A DNA stretch of 61,576 nt, counting the filler, from Gonapodya sp. JEL0774 (taxonomy: Eukaryota), in the NCBI GenBank assembly GCA_027604505.1. It is 14 parts of 14 records of this genome, joined end to end, with 100 filler letters (N's around TTAATTAATTAA, not from the genome) between each part and the next. Parts side by side here need not be neighbours in the genome. Positions count along the whole stretch, not along the records: positions 48,491 to 52,789 come from JADIIX010000993.1; positions 52,890 to 57,187 come from JADIIX010000994.1; positions 57,288 to 61,576 come from JADIIX010000995.1; 11 more parts are not named here. One strand, 5' to 3'. The notes under the pieces are model-generated. The model did no database searches. It was given only the letters and a program-made list of their open reading frames with translations, and was not told the DNA's origin. The position numbers and the translations under genes were made by a program. The stretch's first letter is position 1; every line of letters begins with the position of its first letter. Of the stretch, positions 48,933 to 61,576 are shown in pieces.

Positions 48933-51900
48933 TCAGAGCTCCCCCTTAACAATTTTTTCCACAGTTTCGTTGATGAACGCCTTTTTGGAGGACATGTCCT
49001 GGCCGTACAGCGATTGCAGCTGATCACGAACTTTCCGCTTGGTCAGCAACCTCAGGTCTGTGTTGCTCAGAATGGTTCGAATCTTCCAAACGATCTCGTC
49101 ATCAGAAGGGAACGCCGACGGCGCATTCGCAGCGGCTGGAATGGACTCGGCCTCGCTTGTCTCCTCGCCGTCACTCGTTGCACCAGGGTGGGGAAGCATA
49201 GCTTCGGCTGGACGGACAGCGGGGAACAAGGAGTTACCCAATGGAGCACCGAAATTGAGACTGCTTGCTGGAATTTGCTGCATCGGAATAGGACCTTGAA
49301 GGAAGAGGTTAGCAGGCGCGCAGAATCAAAAAGATGGTGCTGCGTCCACTCACTGTAGCCGGACGCTCCACTCAAAGAAGCAGTTGGAGTGGGGGCCATG
49401 TTCATCATATAAGGATTGGGGGCACCTGGCATCATTCCTGCAGTCGCCATCTGATACGGTGAGTATCCCATACCATAGTACCCTTGAGGCATCATCTGCG
49501 GTGCGCCGGGCATCATCATCGGCATGCCTGGAATGGCCATCATACCTCCTGGGACAGGAATTATCATGGATGGTGCAGCGGATACGTACGATCCGGGCGG
49601 GGCGTATCCAGAAATGTATGAATGGCCGGACTGCGACGCGGAGTCGTCAAAGTCGCGGTTGATTTGCGTCTGCATGCCGTGGATCATTCGCGAGCGGGAC
49701 TGTGCGGTGTGTTCGCTTCCTGTGTCGGAGCCCGTGGGGGATCCTGAACGACCGTAAGGTGCGCTGTTTTGCACCGGCGGGGAAGGTTGCATGAACACCG
49801 GTGTGGGAACCTGAAACCCGGGAACAGGTGTGGTCGAATACTGCCCGTCTCCGACAATGTTGGCGGTCTTCTTTTCAAAGTCATCCCACGTGATCGTCGG
49901 AATTTCGGACGGGTCAAACACCTCGTCGTCCGCGCCGTGATCGGCACCAGCCTTTTGACCGGCAATCTGACGAGTTGTACCCCACGAAAAGTCATCCATG
50001 TTCCAGAAAGAGTAGAGAGGTAGCAGCAAGCTGAAAAACGGAGATGAGAGAATAGAAATAATCATCCAACCGATGTGTTCAAATCGTCGTTTAAGAATAA
50101 AAATGATAACTTGAACGCCTATTGTTTAGCGAGGTGGAATTCAAAGAATGTTCACTACAAACGGCCAATGTACAGAGGACACGGCAAACTCACCGTAACC
50201 AACACCGATCATGATGAGGGAAATTGTCGGTGCCGAGACGTTCTTAATCGAAGAAATAATCAAATAGATAAGATATGCGACAGCGGCAGGCATGGTAACT
50301 GTGGAGAACAGATCCAGTGCGACGATGGATCTCATGGAGAAACAGAGACATCCGCAAAGTTGGTTGATGAACAGCAACTCGAACCTTCAAGGAAGGAAGA
50401 TGACATTAGAGACACCATGAAACGCCTGGGGACACCAACGAATGCGAAACACTCACTGATTGTGGACCGTCGAGTTGATCCACCGACGTCTTTGAGACAT
50501 TAAAATCTTGAACTTGTCCGGGACGACGGTTTTGCACTGTGCATCTGCTGTGAACTTGGTACGCATATCAGGGAATGTCTTGAGCATGATGGTCGTAAGA
50601 TATCGATCCTCCCCAAGCGACAACAGGTTCTTTTTGTGTAGTGTGTCGACGTTGGAGTCTGCGTACTCGGCGAGAATCTCGTCTGCAACGAGGAGAGGTC
50701 GATTTTTGACCGGTGTGCGAATACGATACTACACGTCGAGGGATATTCAGTATTTCCACTACTTTATTGCCATTTGAGCTTCTCGAGACGACTTACCATT
50801 GTGAAACATCCAGGGAGACAGGTGACGTTTCCGAAGAGTGACTCAAAAGCTTTGGCGAGGTGATGGGAAATATAGTACTGAAATGCGATCGCAAATGCGT
50901 TGGTTATCAACAATGCGTGGCTCATAATGATGTGAAACTATTTTCTGCAAGCCCACCTCGTACACTTGCATCATTGTTACCATGGTTCTCCGTTGATTGG
51001 CAATTTGCGTTTCCCCAGAGATGCCCATGATTTGGGTGTCATGTATCGCCGATGAAATGAGACGGTTGAGAGAGTCCGGCATCACCTCTGTATCTGCGTC
51101 CACCATTAAAATGTACTCGAAGTTGTAGGGATCCGTCCCAACTGTCTCTTGAATCTGTCGGAAGATCTCAAGCTCAAGTGGGGGCATCGGTGATCGGAAA
51201 TGGACGTGATTCAAGAATCGCATCAAAATCATTTGTGTGTCACGCTTGCCCCGGTTACCGGGTCTTGCTGTTTCGGTCTCTTTGCCAACCTTAACCACAA
51301 CAATGAATGGAATAGTGCGCGCTTGGATGTGATAAAATCCAGAATACACTTTCGCCTTGTTGTGTTGCTTAGAACCCTCTCCAATGGCGAAATAAGAAAG
51401 GGCCGGATGTTGCTCATCCACGGCCTTCATATCAATGCCGAGAATCCCCAGAACGATCTCAGGGGTAGAGCGGTCGTTTCCCGATCCACGAATCATGCCA
51501 TCAGCAATAACAAACAGAAGTTTCCTTTCATCCACATAGTGCAGTAACGCCAATGAGTTTATCGTCTTTCGCAACGAATCTTCGCCCTCGGTGTAACAGG
51601 GAACGAGCATAATGGTGTACTGACGGGAGGAACAACTGTGCTTAAACAATCATCCGTTAACTAAGATGCGGTTGTTAGCACTTACTTTGTCTTGATCTTC
51701 TGGAATGCGCTTGGATGAGAGCTGCAGGGCGGACAAGAACTTGATGATCATAATGCCCACCTGTGTCATCGGAAGCAGGGTTAATAGGACACTTCGGACG
51801 GGAGTCAAATATCTCGAGGGGAATCAACTCACCACAATGCCTGTCAAAGAATACAGAATGTATGTGGAAGCTTGACACCGAGCGCTGTTCCGCCGATCCA

Positions 51901-52789
51901 CGACACCAATGAAAAATCCAGCCTCAAGACAAGGTAAATAATCTTGTAGATTGGGTGCAAAAACAGTGGCGTCCCGACCCTTGTAGCTCTGCAAGATTCC
52001 GTCGACAGTTTGCCCAAAAATGGGAGGGTTCGTGTTGATGAGAAGCGATGTGTTGTAAATACGATCGTTGACAATCATCCAAGCATCAGTCTGCGTGTTA
52101 TGAGTTGCAATCTGGTACTCTGAATAGCCAAGCGGACTGAACGACAAGGAGTTTAGTAATGCGAGGACGACGGCGCGCGTTCTCTTCTAACAGCTACACA
52201 CCCCTGATAAACAATGTTGATGTTCTTGTACTTGATGTCGAACGCGATTTGAGACGTGTTATGGCAGTGGCAGTTGATGTTGGATTTAATCATGCATCTC
52301 TTCTCCCAACTATTGCTGCAGATGGAACTCGAAGAGTTAGCTCGAGGTGTAAGAGTGGGGGCCATAGATTTCAAGAACCCATGACCTGGGAGGCCTGGAT
52401 TTTCTAGATCCATCATGCGCTTCGTCAACTTGAGTGTTGCACCAGCACACTCGGTAGGGAGAGCACCTGTCTGGGGATCGTAACGCGGGAAATAAGGGGA
52501 GATTTCCTGCGTGTTGTGGAAAATCGGGAGGAGTGTTCAAACTAGATGAAATTTCAAAACGACGCGTGAATCAGACTCTCACCGATCCAGCGAACAGGTA
52601 GTACGTAGTAGTGAGGTCCAGATCGCCAGGTGTTGGGTGATAATAGTAACTCATATCATAAACACCACCATTCCATGACATCCACATATCGCGGGCTTCA
52701 AACTCCTTGTGGAGTTTGAGGTCATCAATGGAATGAATGTCTGAAGGTGGACAGAGGATAGTGCCAAATCCTTGTACCATGAAAAGTAA
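48933..52789 (-). CDS. Chitin synthase, division II (class V/VII-like: cytochrome-b5-like + Chitin_synth_2 + DEK-C), 5'-partial
   Basis: [108 protein letters not shown]...KKAFINETV. Confidence 0.96.
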
Positions 52790-52889
52790 NNNNNNNNNNN
52801 NNNNNNNNNNNNNNNNNNNNNNNNNNNNNNNNNTTAATTAATTAANNNNNNNNNNNNNNNNNNNNNNNNNNNNNNNNNNNNNNNNNNNN

Positions 52890-53935
52890 AATCCGTACCC
52901 ATTGTTCGTCACCGGATCCAAAGGTACGGCTTGCTCGATTCCTCGCGAGTAAATTGGAACAACGAGTGGATCTAGGTGGAGTGTTTCGAGGAGAAGTCGG
53001 GAAATGCCCCATTTGAAGCGGGCGAGGGTGGAATGTTGATTGACTCTGGGGAATGACGACGGTGGTCGGAATTGAGAAAAAGAATATATTCGACGGTCAA
53101 AGACGGACAGAGCTATAGTGACGCGACTCGGACTTCAAAAATACCATACATAGTTTCCAGCGATGCATTGACCTCATTTTGATCTGCCTCCATGCTCACA
53201 CCTTGAAGTCCCCTTACCTTCAGCACTCGGACCCCGACACTCACCTGCCTTCAGGATAAACGTGCACCCACCCACCTCTCCTCAGCACTTCCAACGCGTC
53301 CTCCACGCCCTTTTGCCATATACCACCTTTCCTGTCCCACGCAATGCTTTGCCCTTTACTGAAGAACCAGTTTCGAAACGGAGAGGTGAAGACGACATCC
53401 TTGGCGGTCGGAAGCCAACGGACAGTTCGGTTGTCGAGGAGCATGGAGGCAGGAAGGGTGGACCATATCTTTCGCATGAACGGTCCGAAAGTTCGGTGTG
53501 GGACATTTGCTCTATGAGTGCTTGTGTGCGCGCACCGACAGTTCAGCTTCTCCCGACTGAAACACGGCTCGAGCTCACCATCATATCATCAAGCGTCGCT
53601 GTGTGATTACTGTAGGTAATCAAAGGTCTCATCTTCAACCCTCGGGTCCACTTCTCTCGATTTTCCGCGGCCAGTTCCCTAACGAGCTTCGTGAATTCCT
53701 TGTCACCCCTCACAGAGACCGACCTGGTCAGCCAGGGAGTGCGCACCCAGCCTCGAGCGATGCCCGTCACGACGGATCCGAAGAGTGATGCGAGAACCGA
53801 ATAGGGAATCGGACCCTCCGCACCGACTGGGTGGATCGGTCTGGGACCAGGGTGCGGGTCATAGGGTCGAAGATGACGGCAGCTACTCGAAAAATGCCGT
53901 AGCTTGGCATACGGCACGATGGGCAAACGAGTCAT
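52890..53935 (-). CDS. TAZ1: Tafazzin-like phospholipid acyltransferase, 3'-partial
   Basis: RPLITYSNHTATLDD (HxxxxD); RW...AKDVVFT...WFFSKGQ; GGIWQKGV; WVHVYPEGR; RFKWGISRLLLE. Confidence 0.88.
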
Positions 53936-54538
53936 GCAGGTTGGGTGGCGGGAGACTGCTGCAAGAACACCATCAAACGTGGCCTTTGCACAGTCATGAT
54001 TTGTGCACGCGCAAAAACACTGAGTCTTGGTGAACAAGGAGGACAGCGTAGGAAAACGATGCTCCTGGCAGTCCGACTAACTTTCAAGGACTAGTATTGC
54101 GGGATGAGCTCAAGTTGGGCCCGCCAAACATAATACCTGCGGAGCCTCCTCTTGGAACCGCTGCAGGAGTTAGAACTTGCAGGCAGAAACAGAGCGATCA
54201 TAGGTTTTGCTTTTCTCAGAAGAACGAGGCCGGTGAAAAGAGCAAAGTGCTTGTTGCCACATTAGAATACCGCACGATACCTAAGGATACGTTACAAGTC
54301 AAAGTGCTAATCGATTTTCACTCTACACTCAGGTAATGTGGATCTCCAGCGCATGCAAGTCCTAAAGCAGTCTTTCTTCCCACGTTTCTTGGAACTAAAG
54401 AAGGATCTGCTGGTAAACAAATCGTAAACAAATCCGCCCCTCCAGGTTGCCCCTGTTGCGCCGCCTCGTTTTGTCCCTTCTCGTTGACCTACTTCAGGCT
54501 CTCCTAGCTCAGTGACACAGCGACACAGCACGCAAGGC

Positions 54539-57187
54539 ATGAGCGCAAGGATGGACAGAAGGGCGCATTCATCTGCACCGTCTGAGCATTCCTTCTCGAT
54601 GGACCAACACTATTCTACTGTGAGTCGATCGCGGCAGGTGCGACCATCAAGAAGAGTTTTCAACTTCGTCTACACGTTTGTTACCGAAGGCGGGCCTGAA
54701 GGAAACGTTACCCACTTGGTCTCTGTCTGATGTGAGTGAACGCCAGACCGACTACTTGCAAACAGAAAACAGATCTCAGTGCTCAAACTCCATATCACCA
54801 CCATCAGGAGCAACGCGTTATGCGAAAAGTGGACTTTCGAATTATTCCGCTGTTGATTCTTGGGTATGCATCTCTGAATGTGAGTTGCGTCTCTGCAATT
54901 TTCTTCAATGAACTAGATCCTAATTGGAAGGATGTGACCATTTTTATAATTTCTGCCATCGTAGATTACAAGGATCAATATCAGTGCGGGTGAGCAGTAT
55001 TTGACTAAGATCGCTTGCAGATTGTAATTTATAGTACACACAGCGACCATCATCAATGCCGAGGACATAACCCACAACATGCTCTTCCAGCTCGGACTTC
55101 TCGATAGTGCGGATTACAATTGGGCAGTGTCTGCATTTTTCTGTGGGTTTGTGTTCACTGCAGGAAAATCAATGGACTCATCTTCTCACTGCACTCGACG
55201 CTTTTATGATCAGTTGGTTACATTCTTTTCGAGATCCCCAGTGTAAGTCCGATCACGATCATTGGCGTATATGCCCAGTCATCACAAAATCACGTCCACA
55301 GAACCTCATTATCCTTCGCATGGATCCATCTCGTTGGATCGCACGCCTCATGATTCTATGGGGCGCCTTGTCGGTACGTGTGGCTGCATTGCATTAAAAC
55401 GGCGGATCAAGTTCACTTGAGACAATTCGATCGTGTTGCTCCCGTCTCTCAGGCTTGCGTCGGGGCGGTAAACAACTTTGAGGGTTTACTCGTTATTCGG
55501 ATTCTCATGGGTTGCGCTCAAGCTGGTTTCATTCCCGGTGTCGCGTTTTATTTGACATTTTGGTACCGGAAATACGAAGGTCGGTATTGAGGCGTTGTAC
55601 TCACTGAGATTCTAGTTCCGGTGTTTGCGGAGTTCAAAGTTCTCACGGGAAGTGTCTCCTTGTCGCAGTTTCGTCACGCTACGCGTACATATTTGCCGGA
55701 GCCATGTTAATCTCCTCGTTCAACGGCGTTGCTGCATTCGGAGTTGGGAATATGTGAGTGGAATAGACCGGGGCGGATAGTGTGCACGCCAGTAAATAAG
55801 GCTCGAAAATCCTATAGGGACGGCTTCCTGCGCTTGGCGGGCTGGCGATGGTACGATCTCGTCATCTTTAAAGTTTTGCCGTCGTCAATTTGACTGACTG
55901 CTCGCTGGATCTGGTGGTTCAGGCTGTTTCTCGTGGTGAGTGCTTCTACGTACATGCAGAGCTTGCTATGAAGAGAATAATCCACTAAGCTTATGTTTCG
56001 GAAACATCATAGGAAGGCTTAGTCGCAACCCTTTTTGGAGTTCTCAACCACCTCTTTCTTCCTGTGAGTTCATGGCGCAAGCGCTGAGGAATTTTTCGAT
56101 AGATTCGAAAGGGGACTCTCTTCACCATGATCTCACCCACAAAGTCATACCCTCAAACCGCCGGCTTCATGTCCATTGAAGAGAAGGAAATCGTAATTGG
56201 CCGCCTCCCCGAGCACGCTCGGCACCAGTCAGCTATGACCAACATTGACATCCATGACGCACTCGAAACCTTTCGCGATTGGCGCATGTACGCGCTCTCA
56301 TTGTCGCTCATGTTCTCAGTTTCGGCCATCATTGCGATCGGGTATTTCCTGCCTGGGGTATGTTTAATTTGGGACACAGGTGTTATTCAGTGGTGCCATG
56401 AGGATCCGGATCCCCAACACGTTTGAATCGCACTTATCAACAGGTTATTTACGAGATGGGGTTTGTGTCAACAAATGCACAGCTTCTGACGGTGCCGATC
56501 GCTGTTGTCGGCGCGGTGTGGACCATTTTCATGTGCGTATGTCGCGATCCTCTCTCGGCCACGCCATTCACACCACCTTCGCCACCTTTCGATCACTCAC
56601 CCGCCCATGTTCCTCTCACAGCAACTGGTCTTCCGACTACTATAAAGAGAAAACTTTCCACGGCTTGGCATGCTTCAGCCCCAGCATCCTCCAGTACGTG
56701 TTGCTGGTCACTGCACAGAGCTACTTAACCCCTTGGGGACGATACGGCCTTCTATTTTTGGGCAGTTTGAGTAACGGAAGTGAGTTTGTTGTGGAGCTGA
56801 GAGCACTTTACTCACGTTGACGGAAGTTTATTCTCTTGTTAGTTCTCCCGATTCTGATCGGGCTGAGCTCCATCACGACTGAGGGTGCGGTAAAGACAGC
56901 GGTTCGCACTGCCTTCACCCTGACGTGTGGAAATATTGGTGAGTAACGAGTCCTTTAAGTCCCCAGTGCGGTATCATGTCCTCTGCTGGGTAGGTCTCAT
57001 CGCAAGCTTTTCCAATGAAACTAGGCAGCGCTGTTGGAACCTTCATCTACCAGCAAGACGATGCACCGCTCTTCATTCGAGGCCACGCCATCAATGGAGC
57101 TTCGCTCTTGGTCGCACTGGGGTTGTTTGTCGCGGCGGTCATGTCGCTCAACAATGAAGGAGTGTATGTCGGTCCAAAGGCCATCGG
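54539..57187 (+). CDS. MFS anion:cation symporter (DAL5/TNA1-like permease), 3'-partial, very intron-rich
   Basis: VMRKVDFRIIPLL; FEIPSNLI..R..PSRWIARLMILWG; RILMGCAQAGFIPGVAFYLTFWYRKYE; LAGWRWLFLVEG; AQLLTVP; DDAPLFIRGH. Confidence 0.93.
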
Positions 57188-57941
57188 NNNNNNNNNNNNN
57201 NNNNNNNNNNNNNNNNNNNNNNNNNNNNNNNTTAATTAATTAANNNNNNNNNNNNNNNNNNNNNNNNNNNNNNNNNNNNNNNNNNNNTTTAGAATCTTTG
57301 GCGACATTCGGAACCACCATCATCTTTATGATGTCTTGGTCTGTGCAATCGGAGTGAAGATCAAGTTTTGAGAAACCGTTCATCCATGAAACCTCATCCT
57401 CGTACCCACGGACTTTGTGGGGTCCAAATTCCTCCAACTCCGCATCGTTCTCGAAGATATTATAGAAGACTGCTCCGTGCGACGTTCAGGAATTGGGGAC
57501 TTTCAAGGTCTACCTACTTGAGTGACTCAAATCAAGACCCACCAGAGTTGTTCCCTCCAGATCGAGCAGTATCTACCGGACCGGAATAAACGAAGTTTCC
57601 CGGCACGCCACCAGCTCTGTGCGCCTCTGCTACCGCTGAAATCTCCTTTTCTGCCTCAGGGATAGTTTGGCAAGCAACTGCTCGATTACGCGATCATGCC
57701 AGACCATCACTCAAGATGGGCATAAAATCAGGCAGGGTGGAACAGCTCATACCGAAGCGAAGTATCGGCATGTCCACTCGTGCTGATGATCCGAAAGTGC
57801 GTCGAAGACTTTGAGGGAGGACGGGAATGCGGTAAATCATGATTGCTGACTGCGGTCATGGGGAGCTTTCAGATGCAAAGCGAGACTCAGCAACTCTTTC
57901 GATCGGTCAAATGAAAATAAACAAAAACGTGTGGCTATGTT

Positions 57942-58943
57942 CTAAATATGGCTATCTCCCGAGGCTGGGATGAAAAAGTCGAGAACCAGTGGGGGTCCTG
58001 TACACAGCCATTCGAAGAGACAAACGTTTACTTGTGGATGAATGCTTAGACAAGGTACAGTACGTACCAACAGCAATGGGCCGGAATATTCCAACGGCGA
58101 CTGCTTGGTGCGCAGGATGAGGTCCATATGCGCGAAGCTCCTCCCAGCTGTCGTATTCACCCACAAGGACTGTACGATGACACAAAGCACGTCAGTATAA
58201 GACAGTTCCATTCGTAGCAGTGGCAGAGTGGCTCACCGTGATTGTATGGTGCGGTCATGGGACCAGGCATGAGTTTCCCGCCAAACAGCAAGTTTCCTGG
58301 CAGGCCTTCGGCTTTGGCTGCAGCCAACTGTTTGAAGCCCTTGGCCCAGTCCTCTTCGTGACCCTCCTTGAGATTGAAAGCTACAACGTGTGTGACTTTG
58401 CCTTTGGGTGAGGGAACAACGGAGGCCGGGACGTTGACGTCGAAGACAATCGGTGGCTTCCCTTCCGGTAGATTGGGAAGAATTAAGTCTTTGACGGTCT
58501 GCAGGTCTAAAGTACAGATTCAGTGAGCTAGCACCTAGCCTCCGATTGAATGAGGATCAGTTATGGTAACTCACGTCCTGGATGAGGTCCGTAGACGGCC
58601 AAATCCTCCTCTTTATCAAATATTCCATAAAGAACTAGACATAGAAATCGCGGTCAGTCCTTCAGTATACTTTCAATGTTTTGGAAGACGGAATCGGGAT
58701 GGGGTTCCCGTGAACTCAACGCACCTTGTGTTACACCCTGAGACCGTGCCAAATCTACAGGACCATAATGTACCATTTCTCCAGGCACGCCGCCTGACTT
58801 GAGTGCTTCCGCGAGGTTAGGGATTTTGTCCTCTGTTCCGGCAGGGAAGGGGAAACCAACTTTTGGAGAAAACACGAAGCCATCAGAGCATGATTCAAAC
58901 GGGAAACAAGGCAATCGAGCTTACCGAAGTGAAGCACGGGCAT
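57942..58943 (-). CDS. Stress-responsive alpha/beta-barrel (Dabb) domain protein, probably two tandem domains
   Basis: MPVLHF...; HTL-AFNLKEG; YNH-VLVGEYDSWEELRAYGPHPAHQAV...LVLDF matches the Dabb motif F.S.E.L..Y..HP.H. Confidence 0.75.
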
Positions 58944-59187
58944 TTCTGAGAACGTCGAGGAACGATGGCTGAAATATTCGGGTTTGTTTCTGATCCGTTT
59001 GAATTGGTTCCTCAGCCCGCAAAGCCTCTCAAATCATTCAAATCCGGAATAAAAATGTTATATGATGGATGCAAGAGAACTACATAGGCGAACATGCAAG
59101 CCCAATTTAAGTTTGTAGTTGGGATGTCCCGATTTCGTCTCACACTCTCCACAATTTTTCGCGTCCAAATAGTAAACTTGCTTTTTC

Positions 59188-60529
59188 CTACATTGAGTTC
59201 ATCGCAGCATCGATTGTCGTCGGGTTCGTGCCAGAATCGGCCTCCATCATAGAATTCGACTCTTGCACAGGACCTGCTGCCGCCTTCGAAGTCTCCTCGA
59301 CAAAGGCACCCCGAACAGCTTCCTCCAAAGTTGCGGCAGATGTAGTGTGAGTAGTTGTTGGGGCGGGCAGCTCGGCTGGCACCAGACTGTCCCCACCAGA
59401 GGAAGTGTCCCGTTCTCCAAGAGCTTCGCCCGAGGGCTGATCTGCATTAGACGCCAACTGCGTCGTCATCGGCACGGCTTCATGCGCAGCGTTGACTACG
59501 GTCGTAGGATTGACAGAGTGCCGCTGTTCCGTGGGCACCTCATTGCCCTCCACAGGTTGCGTTTGTGTGGACTCCACCACTGCCTTTTGGGGTTCAGCCG
59601 ATACTTTCTTAATTGTTGCTGCTTCGACAACAATCCCTGGTACGTGCCGTGATGTTGGTGAAGCAGCTAATTGCACCGCAGATTTGGCGGAGGGGACCGG
59701 CGAAGGTGAGATATGGAGTGATTTTGGCTTAAGGACCGGAATACGAGGGGTCGAGTCGTCTTGGAGAGCAAACCTCGCATCACGTTACCACTAACCTGCG
59801 TCATATCGTGTCCTTGGAAGTGTCCTTCCTCATCGTCTTCCTCACGTTTTTGTTGACGCTTCATCCGAACCACTCCCCACAACACCGCAATTACCGTAGT
59901 TACTGCGGCTGCGATTCCTGCCGCTATGCCAGCTGTCCGCAGAGCATTAGTGTTGTCGTATATTGGCGTTGCTTGGACGGACTGGGAGTTGACAATAGGC
60001 ACTTGGACTGTCGAAGGACTAGGTAGTGTGGACGTGGTGACTGTGCTCGTTTGCGCAAGAGAAGTTGCCTCAGTCGCTGGTGCATTGACGATTGTTCCTC
60101 CGGAATACGGTGCTGATGCGGCGTTCTTTGGGGAATGTTGCAATTTATATTCGCGTTCTGGTCATGCAAATCGTTCTCGCAATACGTCACAATGAACTCA
60201 CCGTGGGACAAATGTCCCAACCCCGTCCTGTAGAGTCTCGGTATGGCACTCCTGTCGAGCAAGAAGCAACATTTATCCAGCACCACTGAAAAATGCCAGT
60301 CGTCAGCGTTTACATAAACAGGATGTGAGGAAGTTGGCCGTCCACCTGAGCAGAATACTGATGCACTCACAGCATTGCTCCCTTGGTAGACTCCACCTCC
60401 AAAGTAGCATGGCGATGTGCATGAGCAGCCATTGTAAGATTTGATGCCCTGCCCGAAGGATGTCGTTGCCAACATGGCCATGGCGAAAGCTGCGACAGCA
60501 GCCACACGATAAAGCCGGCGGATACGCAT
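59188..60529 (-). CDS. Type I membrane protein: signal peptide, Cys/Trp-rich domain, Ser/Thr stalk, TM, acidic disordered tail
   Basis: MRIRRLYRVAAVAAFAMAMLATTSFGQ; NGCSCTSPC...WCWINVASC...GWDICP; TSTVTTSTLPSPST; IAAGIAAAVTTVIAVLWGVV-RMKR. Confidence 0.75.
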
Positions 60530-60716
60530 GGCGATGGCAAGAGGCAGTACGAAGGGCACAGTTGAAAACTTCTGACGGAGACTGGGGCCTGGTTTGGTAC
60601 AATAATTTCTTTTGTATTCTTTCTGTGGAGGGACAAGAGGAGCGGAGGCGGAGTTCAATCCCGTGAGAATACCCTGCGATCCGAGTCTTGCGGCGGAACT
60701 CTTTACATCACACATG

Positions 60717-61576
60717 CTATATTCCGCCGAATACATCTACTCTCCAGAACTCGATGGGATCAATATATCGCTTCCGTACAATGATCTTCTCCTCAATAAG
60801 CTTCATATCCGCTTCCGACAGCTCCACTCTCACAAAGTTCTCCAGCACCCTTTTTGGATTGCTTGTCCGTGGAATGACACTGCACCCTCTGGCCACTCCC
60901 CAGTTAATGAGTAGTTGAGCCGGTGTGCAGCCCTTGGTATGTGCGAGTGAAACAACAGTTGCATCTTCAAGCAGAACAGGTGGGGCGCTTTTACCAGCGC
61001 CGAGAGGACTATAGGCAGTGACGTGAATGGAATTTGCGTTGCAGAAGGAAAGAAGCTCTGTCTGGGTGAGGTAAGGATGTGCCTCGTACTGAAAAACAAG
61101 ACGGATTCGGGGTTCGGTTCAGCAACGCATTGTCTCCGCTCCATCAAGCTCACTTGATTCACAGCCGGCGGCACTTTTGCAAACTTCAAGATGCCCTCCA
61201 GCAATTCCACAGTGTAGTTTGACACGCCAATAGCGCGGACCTTTCCCTCGGTGTAAAGTTCCTCCATCACTTTCCACGTATCCTCAAGGCGATATTCAGG
61301 ATCTTGCGGTGCGACATTGTTCACAGGGTCACGCTTCGCCCAGTACGTTCTGGGTGGGTCCACTGGGAAGAACTAATTCTCGTCGTGACACACGCGGATC
61401 AAATGACAGACATTGTCAGAAACCACGGACGGAGCACTCACGCAAACAGGCCAGTGAAGTAGATAAAGGTCAAGATACTCCAATCCTAAATCATTCAGTG
61501 TCTTTTCGACGGCCTCGCGAGCGCGTGTCAACATCGTTTCGGGACACTTTGAGGTGTAAAATATTTCTTCTCGTTT
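60717..61576 (-). CDS. Aldo-keto reductase, 5'-partial
   Basis: [74 protein letters not shown]...[14 protein letters not shown]. Confidence 0.96.

Noticed and set aside
4317..57287. Regularly spaced TTAATTAATTAA motif every ~4.4 kb, resembling a repeat array
   Set aside because: Always embedded in 44+44 Ns; it is an artificial contig linker, and the periodicity reflects length-sorted contigs.
57288..57470. Minus-strand frame ...ELEEFGPHKVRGYEDEVSWMNGFSKLDLH...
   Set aside because: Probably an exon of a truncated gene, but it cannot be assigned.
1..61576. Apparent clustering of lipid/redox genes (ACAD, SCPx, tafazzin, LCB1, AKR) as a metabolic gene cluster
   Set aside because: They lie on different contigs, so adjacency is an artefact of concatenation.

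Overview
This is not one locus. It is 14 unrelated contigs of 4,289-4,316 bp, sorted by decreasing length and joined by artificial 100-bp spacers (44 N + TTAATTAATTAA + 44 N), so no synteny can be inferred across spacers. The DNA is eukaryotic, gene-dense and rich in short spliceosomal introns (GT-AG, a few GC-AG). A chitin synthase with cytochrome-b5-like and DEK-C domains points to a fungus, and the intron density suggests an early-diverging, chytrid-like lineage (inference). Recognisable genes, many truncated by contig ends: LUD/LutC-like protein, Cache-HAMP membrane sensor, LCB1, several F-box/LRR proteins, TDA3-like FAD oxidoreductase, PRI1, GST-zeta, two tandem multi-TM paralogs, an SRSF7-like protein, NCBP1, acyl-CoA dehydrogenase, 2OG-Fe(II) oxygenase, KUP/HAK transporter, AIF/AMID-like oxidoreductase, SCPx thiolase, AFG1 ATPase, ITPA/HAM1, a Myb protein, chitin synthase, tafazzin, a DAL5-type MFS permease, a Dabb protein, a Mid2/Wsc-like surface protein and an aldo-keto reductase. 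The most interesting items are: (1) an MLKL-like helical-bundle plus catalytically dead TKL pseudokinase; (2) a CpG-eroded transposon-like relic abutting a tRNA-Gly(TCC) cut in its D-loop, suggestive of tRNA-targeted insertion; (3) a Cache-HAMP receptor with no output domain; (4) an intron-containing bacterial-type LUD gene. All assignments come from motif recognition and manual splicing. No database searches were run, and boundaries of spliced genes are approximate.
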